Source: a virus
Direction: 5' to 3' (one strand)
Virus record (IMG/VR): IMGVR_UViG_3300023174_003433
Coordinates: 32,001 to 96,000 of that record
Length of the DNA stretch: 64,000 bases
Part shown: positions 18,055 through 26,755 of the stretch, in pieces
Layout: every line of letters starts with the position of its first letter
How positions within the stretch are numbered: position 1 is the stretch's first letter
The notes under the pieces: generated by a model
What the model saw: the letters and a program-made list of their open reading frames with translations, nothing else
The model's database searches: none
What the model was told of the DNA's origin: nothing
Position numbers and translations under genes: made by a program

Positions 18055-18769
18055 GACCGTATCTTCCACGGCTGGCATTGAAATTGTTTAAAACTTCATT
18101 ACCAGAAAGTTCTATGGTGTAACATCTTATTGCATAAATGTCTGAATTGGTGGCATAATTTTTATCATTTGACCATCCACCAATACATAAAGTATCTCCA
18201 TATGCATTCATTCCATTATTACTAAGATAATCAAATGTACTGGTTGCTATCAACACACCATTGATATAGCTTTTAACAATACCATTATTATAAGTCATTA
18301 CGGAATGCACAATTGTTCCTGGTGCCACAGTAGCAACGTTTGCAACTAAAGCTCCTGTCCAACAGTTACCCGTTTTAATGGCGTGTTGTATGATAGTATT
18401 TGCTCCATCGGGAGCCAAATAAATTCCACCATGGCAACCAATTCTACCCACAAGAAATGATTCACCTGAAACTGGAGATGAGATGTTTTTCCATAAACCT
18501 TCTAATGACCAAGTGCCTGTTAAATTTGTACTTTTTAAAACTCCCTCATTAAAACTGGCGGACATCCAAGATTTATTGGTACTTGGATTTGTATTATCAT
18601 TTCTAACCTGAAATGAATTGGCTGTAAATGTAACAGAATTGGCTGTTATTGTATAATTTTTATTTGAAAGGTCTTTTACTGAAGTACTTAAATTTGATTT
18701 GGAATTATTTGCATCCAAATAAAATATCAGGCCTGCAGTAGTAACAAGAGGTCCACCAAATACACTCAT
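18050..18769 (-). CDS. LamG/concanavalin-A-like lectin domain protein (paralog 3)
   Basis: GLIFYLDANNSKS...HSVMTYNNG..KSYINGVL...LSGNEVLNNFNASRGRYGL. Confidence 0.8.
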   Translation of the reverse strand: MSVFGGPLVTTAGLIFYLDANNSKSNLSTSVKDLSNKNYTITANSVTFTANSFQVRNDNTNPSTNKSWMSASFNEGVLKSTNLTGTWSLEGLWKNISSPVSGESFLVGRIGCHGGIYLAPDGANTIIQHAIKTGNCWTGALVANVATVAPGTIVHSVMTYNNGIVKSYINGVLIATSTFDYLSNNGMNAYGDTLCIGGWSNDKNYATNSDIYAIRCYTIELSGNEVLNNFNASRGRYGL

Positions 18770-19410
18770 AGTTGATACCTTCCACGAGTAGCATTAAAGT
18801 TTTGTTGTATTTCTTGTGCAGTTAATACACGATCATATACAAAAGCTCCGTTTATTTGTCCTTGAAAATTGTTACTATTACCATATGCTGCAACCTGCAC
18901 ATCTCCAGTACCGGTGAAAGTAGTAGTTGCTACGTCAGTATCTTCTAATAAACCATTTAAATATAATGCCCAACCTGTTGTAGTACTAAATGTAACTGCA
19001 CCAAAATACCATCGATTTGCTAAAAGAGATGTATTTGATTGAACGATATACCACGATCCATTGTGGCCAGAATTTAATTTATCACCACTCGACAACCAAA
19101 AAGCGTGTTGGCCATTATTACCACTCATAATATTATTGGTTGCTGCTAAATTTTGTGTTTGAAACCAAGCGCATTTTGTATACGCAGTTGAGTTTAAAAG
19201 ATTATTAGATGTACTAGCATACTGAGATCCGTTAAAAGAAAATATATTATTTGCTCCTACTGTTGGTGAACCAACTAGGGTAAAAGAGTTTGTATTGGTA
19301 CTTAAATTAGTCCATGTGGTACCTGAACCTGAATAACTTTTTGAATTAACTGAATCCAAATATAAAGTTAATCCGTTAGTAACAATAGAAGGTGAATGAT
19401 TAAGTCCCAT
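18766..19410 (-). CDS. LamG/concanavalin-A-like lectin domain protein (paralog 2)
   Basis: IVTNGLTLYLDSVNSKSYSGSG...WYFGAVTF..LYLNG...VYDRVLTAQEIQQNFNATRGRY. Confidence 0.85.
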   Translation of the reverse strand: MGLNHSPSIVTNGLTLYLDSVNSKSYSGSGTTWTNLSTNTNSFTLVGSPTVGANNIFSFNGSQYASTSNNLLNSTAYTKCAWFQTQNLAATNNIMSGNNGQHAFWLSSGDKLNSGHNGSWYIVQSNTSLLANRWYFGAVTFSTTTGWALYLNGLLEDTDVATTTFTGTGDVQVAAYGNSNNFQGQINGAFVYDRVLTAQEIQQNFNATRGRYQL

Positions 19411-20081
19411 TATAGGTTATACCTTCCACGGAGGGCATTGAAGTTTTGTGTAATTTCTGCTGATGTTAATGTTCTATTATAAACTTTTACAGAAGATATA
19501 TCACCAGCATAGTTAATAAAGAAATTATTTAAATATATTAATGGTACATGAGCATATGCACCACCATCACCGTTGTACATAGTTTTTGGTGAATTGTTAA
19601 TATAGAATTGGTAGTTTGTTGTTTCCCAATTAAAAACGATGTGATTCCATCCAGCGCTTATACTATCCTTTATTGCTGTTCTATAATAAACAGAACTAAT
19701 GTATGACACAAAAGTTAAAGTTTCTCCCGTAACAAAGCCGGTTGAAGCTCCAAAAGTACAATAACCTTGACTAAAAGTATCATAATTAAAAAAGTTGGTA
19801 GGAGCCGATGCACTTGTTATCGTATTCGGTAAGTTGATCCAAAACTCACAACTGTACATGTAACTATTAGTATTACCAGAATTACCCATAGTGGCTGTTG
19901 TTGGTGAAAATGTTATGGCATTGTTTGCAAATGTTGGTGTCTGGGAAAATATTCCGTTATTATTACTACCACTTAAATCAGTCCATATTGTACCAGAACC
20001 AGGATAACTTTTTCGATTGGCTGCATCTAAAGCCAACACCAAACCACTAGTTACTATCTGTGGATTATAATTGGTGCCCAT
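19410..20081 (-). CDS. LamG/concanavalin-A-like lectin domain protein (paralog 1)
   Basis: IVTSGLVLALDAANRKSYPGSG...WNHIVF..FYIN...VYNRTLTSAEITQNFNALRGRY. Confidence 0.85.
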   Translation of the reverse strand: MGTNYNPQIVTSGLVLALDAANRKSYPGSGTIWTDLSGSNNNGIFSQTPTFANNAITFSPTTATMGNSGNTNSYMYSCEFWINLPNTITSASAPTNFFNYDTFSQGYCTFGASTGFVTGETLTFVSYISSVYYRTAIKDSISAGWNHIVFNWETTNYQFYINNSPKTMYNGDGGAYAHVPLIYLNNFFINYAGDISSVKVYNRTLTSAEITQNFNALRGRYNL

Positions 20082-20083
20082 AG

Positions 20084-23000
20084 TTAACCTTCTACATCAA
20101 GTTTATCTACGTCAGCTCTTTCTCCGTATACAACATAGTAACAATAAATTTCTTTTCTGAACCATCCATCATTATTAATGATAATTGTATTGTCTTTGAT
20201 TTCTTTTACGGAAAGTTTTTGATATTTACCAATAGGTGTAAGTGAAACAGTAATTGTATCGGTATCAACTAACTTAGTCCAGTAATCAGGCAACTCAATA
20301 ACATTAGAACCTTTTAATGTGCCACGAACATACACACCAAACTCTGGTCCCTCTAAAGAACCATAACGTAGGTCTTTGCCTTCTTTAGTTGGATGTGGAA
20401 TGTTGAATGACTTGGTTGTAGCATTAAGAGCACCAGAGATACCTACACCACCTTGAACTACAAGAGCACCAGTAGTTGTATTGGAACTTCCTGTGCCGTT
20501 TTGAATCTTAACTGGAGAAATGCCAGCAAAGATTACAGTATTGTTACCATCATCTTTGGAAATTGTGCCTCGTTGTATCAAAGCGTTTTGATTGTATACA
20601 CCAATGGAATTATTAAAATAATAATAAGCGGTGCCACCAAAAGCTACGCTGCCTGTTGCAACACTATCAGAATAAATAAAGTTTGCTTGACTTAATGTAA
20701 TACGATTTATAGCAGCAGCACTTGAAGCCAAATTCATCGACAGGTTGCCGGACAATCCAAGGCCACCATCAACAATCAGAGAACCTGTAGTATTACTTAT
20801 AGATGCTGCAGTGTTTTGAATTCTAACTGGAGAAGAACCAGCAAATAATACGGTGTTGTTACCTGTGTCATTTAAAATTACACCTCTAGCAACATAAGAA
20901 GATGTTGTGTAAAAATTGGAATTAATATTTAAAAAATTTCCAGTAAACTCTGCTCCACCAAATTGATTACTTCTCATAAAGTAATTGTCTGTCCAACCTA
21001 AACGGTAACTTTGTGCACCGTTTGTAGTTAAAAAGAAATTATTAGCAGCTGACATAAACAAGTTACCAGTAATACCAACACCACCAGAAACAACCAGAGA
21101 ACCTGTAGTGTTACTTGTTGATACTGTGTTTGAAGTGACTAAAAGTGTATTATTGGATGAGATAAAGAAAACGTTACTATTTGATAAGTAACCTGCTGAA
21201 TTAGCAACAACAATTGTATTAGCCAAATAATTAAATGAATCTGGTTCTGTATTGGCACGATTGAAAGCCGCTTGAGCAAGAACTGTACCTGTATTGGCTT
21301 GATTATAAGCAGATGCCATTTTGCCATCAGTTGCATTAATGGCAGTATTACTAAAGTCCAGCCTTACATTCTGGCTATTGTCCACACCTTGAGCAATGGT
21401 GAGAGCAGTATTACTGTAGTCCAATCTCACATTCTGGCTAGCATCAACACCTTCTATAATTGTCATTCTGGTGTTTTGACCAACATCCACGCCTTGAATA
21501 ATTGTTATAGCTGTATTGCTATAATCTATTCGAACATTCTGACTAGCATCAACACCAATAGTCACATTGGCTTGATCAAATGCCGCATTGGCTTTAATGA
21601 AAGCTCCGTTAGCATGGAAGTATGCAGCTACAGACCGAACATCAGCAGTATTGGCCACATTGTAAGCGCCTTGCATCTTATTATCTGTTGCGGCAATGTT
21701 GGTGTTTTGAGTTAAATCGACACCCTCAATAATGGTCATACGGGTATTGCTAAAATCTAATCTAGAATTTACATCTAATCCACCAACTCTTGCTGTAGTA
21801 GCAATTAAGTTACCTTTGAACCAGTTACCATGAATATTTGCTTTAGTAAATGATGCAGCGTTAACATTGATTACGTTACCTGATACCTCTGGTGTATAAC
21901 CTTGAAACGCATAGAATTCTTTTGTTAGGGCATCTCGAATCATACCGGCATGAGCATTCGTGCCATCATTATAGTGACCAACATAACCAATTGTTAAAGC
22001 ATCTGTATAGTAATTTCCTATACCAAGTTGAATTAAAGTATCTTCTACTTCAAACGAGGTTACATTAAGTGATATGGTGTTGCCAAGAACAACTAAGTTA
22101 CCTGTTACTGTAACATCATTACCAAATACCACATTGCCGGTTACTGTTTGACTTGCTGCACCAGTTAATGCTAATCGATTTGCTATATTAGTATTCTGTG
22201 TAACATCCACACCTTCAATGATCGTCATGCGAGCATTTTGGCCTGCATCGACACCATCAATAATATTCATCCGTGTGTTACTGAAATCCAATCTTACGTT
22301 TTGGCTTAAATCCACACCCTCGGATACAGTTAATCTGGTGTTTTGAGTTACATCTACACCTTGTATAATAGTAATGGCTGTATTGCTAAAATCTAACCGA
22401 ACGTTTTGGCTTAAATCAACACCTTCACTTACAACTATACGAGCATTTTGGCTAGTGTCGGTACCTTCAATGATGGTCATACGAGAATTTTGACCAACAT
22501 CCACACCTTGTATGATTGTTATAGCGGCATTACTGAAATCTAGCCTTACGTTTTGGCTTGCATCGGTACCTTCAATCACGGTCAATCTGGTGTTCTGTGT
22601 AACATCTACACCTTGGATGATGGTAATAGCCGTGTTACTAAAATCCAGCCTTACGTTCTGACTTGCATTGGTACCTTCAATGATGGCCATACGAGCATTT
22701 TGGCTGGTATCTGTACCCTCAATGATGGTCATTCTGTTGTTTTGGCCAACATCAACACCATCAATAATGTTCATTCTAGTGTTACTAAAATCCAATCTTA
22801 CATTCTGGCTTGCATCAACACCTTCAATGATAGTCATGCGAGCATTTTGGCCTGCATCAACACCATCAATAATGTTCATTCTAGTGTTACTAAAATCCAA
22901 TCTTACGTTTTGGCTTGCATCAGTACCTTCAATGATTGTCATGCGAGAATTCTGGCCAACATCCACACCTTGTATGATTGTTATAGCGGCATTACTAAAG

Positions 23001-24574
23001 TCCAGTCTTACGTTTTGACTAACATTCACACCATCACTTATAGACATTCTAGAATTTTGACCTGCATCCACACCTTCTATGATGGTCATACGAGTATTAC
23101 TAAAGTCCAGCCTTACGTTTTGGCTTGCATCGGCACCTTCGATAATGGTCATTCTAGCATTTTGGCTAGTGTCAGTACCTTCAATGATTGTCATGCGAGC
23201 ATTTTGGCCTGCATCCACACCATCAATAATATTCATACGGGTATTACTAAAGTCCAGCCTTACGTTTTGGCTGGCATCTGTACCTTCAACAATGGTCATT
23301 CTAGCATTTTGGCCAACATCTACGCCTTGAATAATAGTAATGGCTGTGTTACTGAAATCTAGCCTTACGTTTTGGCTGGCATTTACACCATCAATTACAG
23401 TCATTCTAGTATTCTGGCCAACATCAACACCTTCGATGATGGTCATACGAGTATTACTAAAATCTAACCTTACGTTTTGGCTGGCATTAACGCCATCACT
23501 TATGTCCATGCGGGTATTACTGAAATTTAACCGAACATTCTGGCTCAAATCAGTACCTTCAATCACCGCCATTCTAGTATTGCTGAAATCCAATCTAGAA
23601 TTTACATCTAAACCACCAACTCTTGCTGTTGTAGCAATTAGATTGCCTTTGAACCAATTGCCGTGTATGTTTGCCTTGGCAAACGATGCATCATTAATGT
23701 TGACCGTATTACCTGTTACTCCTGGTGTGTAACCTTGAAATGCATAGAACTCTTTCGTTCCCGCATCACGAATCATACCAGCTTGAGCATTTGTTCCATC
23801 GTTGTAATGGCCAACATAACCGATAGTTAGTACATCTGTATTATAATTTCCTATTCCCAACTGAATTAAAGTATCCTTTACTTCAAGCGAGGTCACATTA
23901 AGTGATATTGTATTACCGAGAACAATTAAATTACCTGATACAGAAACATCATTGAGAAATGCAACGTTACCAGAAACAGTTTGAAGGCTTGCTCCAGACA
24001 AACTTAGTTTGTTCGCTATGTCGGTGTTTTGAGTTACATTCACACCTTCAATGATGGTCATACGGGTATTACTAAAATCTAATCTAGAATTCTGGCTTGC
24101 GTTTACGCCATCACTAATGGTCATACGACTATTTTGACCAGCATCTACACCTTCAATGATGGTCATGCGAGTATTGCTGAAATCTAGCCTTACGTTTTGG
24201 CTAACATTAACACCATCACTAATTGCCATGCGAGTGTTACTAAAGTCCAGCCTTACGTTTTGGCTAGTGTTTACACCATCACTAATGGACATTCTAGCAT
24301 TTTGAGAAGCGTCTACACCTATGGTTACGTTAGCTTGATTGTAACTAGCTTGAGCCAATACTGTTGCCGTATTTGCTTGATTATAAGCTTCTTGAGCTTT
24401 TAGATCAGTAGGAGGATTACTAATAATTTTGATGCCAGTATTAGATCCAATAAACAAAGTATTGGATACAAATGAAAATGCTAATTGTCCATCATCTAGT
24501 GTTAGTGGCGCACTATTAGAGTACGACCGAAGAATCTGTATGGTCGATATATTAGATGTATTTGCAGCTGGCAT
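20084..24574 (-). CDS. Long tail fibre protein with heptad-repeat stalks, an internal duplication and a conserved C-terminal fibre domain
   Basis: LDDGQLAFSF head motif; IIEGxDxxQNxRx/FSNTRMT arrays; C-terminal TKSFNIPHPTKEGKDLRYGSLEGPE...YGERADV. Confidence 0.8.
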   Translation of the reverse strand: MPAANTSNISTIQILRSYSNSAPLTLDDGQLAFSFVSNTLFIGSNTGIKIISNPPTDLKAQEAYNQANTATVLAQASYNQANVTIGVDASQNARMSISDGVNTSQNVRLDFSNTRMAISDGVNVSQNVRLDFSNTRMTIIEGVDAGQNSRMTISDGVNASQNSRLDFSNTRMTIIEGVNVTQNTDIANKLSLSGASLQTVSGNVAFLNDVSVSGNLIVLGNTISLNVTSLEVKDTLIQLGIGNYNTDVLTIGYVGHYNDGTNAQAGMIRDAGTKEFYAFQGYTPGVTGNTVNINDASFAKANIHGNWFKGNLIATTARVGGLDVNSRLDFSNTRMAVIEGTDLSQNVRLNFSNTRMDISDGVNASQNVRLDFSNTRMTIIEGVDVGQNTRMTVIDGVNASQNVRLDFSNTAITIIQGVDVGQNARMTIVEGTDASQNVRLDFSNTRMNIIDGVDAGQNARMTIIEGTDTSQNARMTIIEGADASQNVRLDFSNTRMTIIEGVDAGQNSRMSISDGVNVSQNVRLDFSNAAITIIQGVDVGQNSRMTIIEGTDASQNVRLDFSNTRMNIIDGVDAGQNARMTIIEGVDASQNVRLDFSNTRMNIIDGVDVGQNNRMTIIEGTDTSQNARMAIIEGTNASQNVRLDFSNTAITIIQGVDVTQNTRLTVIEGTDASQNVRLDFSNAAITIIQGVDVGQNSRMTIIEGTDTSQNARIVVSEGVDLSQNVRLDFSNTAITIIQGVDVTQNTRLTVSEGVDLSQNVRLDFSNTRMNIIDGVDAGQNARMTIIEGVDVTQNTNIANRLALTGAASQTVTGNVVFGNDVTVTGNLVVLGNTISLNVTSFEVEDTLIQLGIGNYYTDALTIGYVGHYNDGTNAHAGMIRDALTKEFYAFQGYTPEVSGNVINVNAASFTKANIHGNWFKGNLIATTARVGGLDVNSRLDFSNTRMTIIEGVDLTQNTNIAATDNKMQGAYNVANTADVRSVAAYFHANGAFIKANAAFDQANVTIGVDASQNVRIDYSNTAITIIQGVDVGQNTRMTIIEGVDASQNVRLDYSNTALTIAQGVDNSQNVRLDFSNTAINATDGKMASAYNQANTGTVLAQAAFNRANTEPDSFNYLANTIVVANSAGYLSNSNVFFISSNNTLLVTSNTVSTSNTTGSLVVSGGVGITGNLFMSAANNFFLTTNGAQSYRLGWTDNYFMRSNQFGGAEFTGNFLNINSNFYTTSSYVARGVILNDTGNNTVLFAGSSPVRIQNTAASISNTTGSLIVDGGLGLSGNLSMNLASSAAAINRITLSQANFIYSDSVATGSVAFGGTAYYYFNNSIGVYNQNALIQRGTISKDDGNNTVIFAGISPVKIQNGTGSSNTTTGALVVQGGVGISGALNATTKSFNIPHPTKEGKDLRYGSLEGPEFGVYVRGTLKGSNVIELPDYWTKLVDTDTITVSLTPIGKYQKLSVKEIKDNTIIINNDGWFRKEIYCYYVVYGERADVDKLDVEG

Positions 24575-24795
24575 TAAAAGAATCCGTTATCTATAATTAA
24601 TCGTGAATTTTCTGCTGGAGCAATAATAAAAGAATTTGTTGAAGCCACATAAGTTACCACATCACGGTCTAGAGCACCAGCCATACTAACATCACTTAAT
24701 GCTTTTAATGTTGTTGCACCATATGATAGTGTTCGAACTGTTTGTTGAGAAGCACCTAGTTGTACATTGACTGTACCTATTGTTTGACCTGGCAT
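24574..24795 (-). CDS. Small fibre-associated protein
   Basis: 73-aa ORF coupled to its neighbours; LKALSDV motif. Confidence 0.55.
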   Translation of the reverse strand: MPGQTIGTVNVQLGASQQTVRTLSYGATTLKALSDVSMAGALDRDVVTYVASTNSFIIAPAENSRLIIDNGFF

Positions 24796-24798
24796 GTT

Positions 24799-25137
24799 TT
24801 ACCTCGTAACTCGTGGAGAAACATCAACAATGCCTTCTAAAACTCTTGTTACTGTATTGGCACCGGCATTGGTGATTATTGTGTCGTAAACATATCTTCC
24901 TGGAGAAATGTTAGCGGTTTGAGCAGAAGTCAAAGCAAGCTCAATGACCCCTGTGGCGGGGTATACTGTTGTTGAAAATGTTGCTGTAGCGTTTGAGGAA
25001 TAGTAGGATTTACGCATTTGACCACTGGCCGTACAACCAGTTAAATCGTATACGTTACCATATACATCGTCTAATGTAATAGTGGTATTAAATGTGGTAC
25101 CTTGTTCTAACAGTAGATTTGAGTAAGCAGCTGGCAT
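24799..25137 (-). CDS. Conserved small virion protein (fibre-base type)
   Basis: EQGTTF..MRKSY..G.IELALTSAQT...GRYVYD...RVLEG.V.VSP.VT, a family common in T4-like phages. Confidence 0.7.
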   Translation of the reverse strand: MPAAYSNLLLEQGTTFNTTITLDDVYGNVYDLTGCTASGQMRKSYYSSNATATFSTTVYPATGVIELALTSAQTANISPGRYVYDTIITNAGANTVTRVLEGIVDVSPRVTR

Positions 25138-25169
25138 TTTATATTCCTGATATCATTAATCCTATTGGA

Positions 25170-25177
25170 TATTTATG
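25170..25177 (-). promoter_or_regulatory. Late-promoter variant CATAAATA
   Basis: ATAAATA core 33 nt upstream of the 25137 start. Confidence 0.6.
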
Positions 25178-25271
25178 TCAACACCAACTTAAGCTCAAAA
25201 GTAAATTCGCTTTTTGGAATCTAGGATTTCGTCTCCGGAAATTCTAGGCCGGAATGAAAATTTTCGAATTT

Positions 25272-26528
25272 TTAATTATTCAGTTCGTTGTCAAGGGGTT
25301 TACGAATTGAATCTAATTCTTTTTTGAGTTCTTTGATGGCCTCGACTAAAAGTGGTATAACTCGTTCATAATGAATAGTGAGATATTTCTCATCAATCGG
25401 TGCTGGAACAACCACTTCAGGTAATACTGCCTGTACTTCTTGTGCCGATAGGCCAATTTCTGGTTTAACTGTATATCCTAGAGCTTGTGCGGTTTCATTG
25501 GCTTCATATTGAAAACCATTTAATGTCATTACCTTGGCCAACGCATTTTCTATATTACCCAAACGTTTCTTCAATCTATCATCCGAATAATAAGCAGTAA
25601 TATTGTTGGTGGCACGAAGTTCGCCTGTTGTACCAGAACCTGCAGTTCCTACACCAACCGATCTAAATTGAACATCATTACCCGTACTCACAGATTGGTT
25701 AATTGTGTAACTAGAGAGATTTGCTGAAGAACCGGCGATATCACCAGTTATCTTAGAACCCGCTAAAGATGTAATCCATGAAGGATTAGCATATGAACCA
25801 TTATTAACCACTCCATTAACTACTGCCATATTAAACGTATTACCTGAATTTAAAGCAGACTTAACAAATTGTGTTGTGGCCACAGTATTAGTGTTTGCAT
25901 TTAAATCTCCAGTAACCGCTGTTGAACCAGCGGATAATGTCGCAACACCACTATATGCACCAGCAATTGAACTTGTAGAAATTGCATTATTACATGTAAT
26001 ATTATTAAAAATGCCTGTTGTACTAGCGTTAATAAGTGGAGCAAATATTGCAGTATTTGAAGTTAAAGAATCTGCCACTACAAATCCAAGTGCATTTAAA
26101 TTTAAAGTTCTTATTAAAGTATTTGCTGTAATTCCGTTAACAAAGGCACCACCACTGGCATTTACTGTTGTGGTTCTTACTAAAGTGTTTGATGTGATTG
26201 AATCAGTAATTAATGTTTTTGCAATAACAGCATTATTAGCAACTTGCAAAGCAAAATCGGAACCAGTAATTGCTACGTTAGATGTAGCAACTAAATCTCC
26301 CAATAAAGAGGTGTTTCCAGAAACAATTGCTCTTCCTAAACTAACAGTATTGGCTACTGACAAAGCAACACCAACTCCATTTAAAAATAAAGTTCCAGTA
26401 TCTTTAGTGAAATTGTTAGAAGATGTTCCTCCAGCAAGATTATTTAACTCGACTGCAGCTTTATTTTGCTGAGCAACTAAGTCACCAAATGTGTTATTAA
26501 AACTTAAAATGTTTACTGTATTTGCCAT
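25272..26528 (-). CDS. Tail fibre protein with C-terminal peptidase S74 (auto-cleaving chaperone) domain
   Basis: YYSDDRLKK..IENAL.KV..LNG..Y...GLSAQEVQAVLPEVV...Y..VIPLLVEAIKEL. Confidence 0.88.
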   Translation of the reverse strand: MANTVNILSFNNTFGDLVAQQNKAAVELNNLAGGTSSNNFTKDTGTLFLNGVGVALSVANTVSLGRAIVSGNTSLLGDLVATSNVAITGSDFALQVANNAVIAKTLITDSITSNTLVRTTTVNASGGAFVNGITANTLIRTLNLNALGFVVADSLTSNTAIFAPLINASTTGIFNNITCNNAISTSSIAGAYSGVATLSAGSTAVTGDLNANTNTVATTQFVKSALNSGNTFNMAVVNGVVNNGSYANPSWITSLAGSKITGDIAGSSANLSSYTINQSVSTGNDVQFRSVGVGTAGSGTTGELRATNNITAYYSDDRLKKRLGNIENALAKVMTLNGFQYEANETAQALGYTVKPEIGLSAQEVQAVLPEVVVPAPIDEKYLTIHYERVIPLLVEAIKELKKELDSIRKPLDNELNN

Positions 26529-26530
26529 TA

Positions 26531-26752
26531 TTAGTTCCTAGTGAACAATTGTTGTAAAAGATGTTTAATTTCTTTTACATCATTTTTTACGTCATTAATT
26601 TCAGATTTTAGAGTATTTATTTCGGACTTCTGATTGTTTATTAACTTTGATTTAAAAGTATATTCTTCTAAACCTACAGAATCAGTATTAATCAGAGCCA
26701 TAGTGTTAGTATCTCTAACAAATGTGGTTCCTGGTATTTTAACTAATGGCAT
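26531..26752 (-). CDS. Small coiled-coil protein following the DUF4815-type gene
   Basis: VRDTNTMALINTD then heptad EINTLKSEINDVKNDVKEIKHLL. Confidence 0.7.
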   Translation of the reverse strand: MPLVKIPGTTFVRDTNTMALINTDSVGLEEYTFKSKLINNQKSEINTLKSEINDVKNDVKEIKHLLQQLFTRN

Positions 26753-26755
26753 TTT

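Noticed and set aside
22553-23732. Several plus-strand ORFs over the fibre repeats
   Set aside because: They are antisense frames kept open by repetitive coding sequence. The same applies to most short overlapping ORFs in the track.
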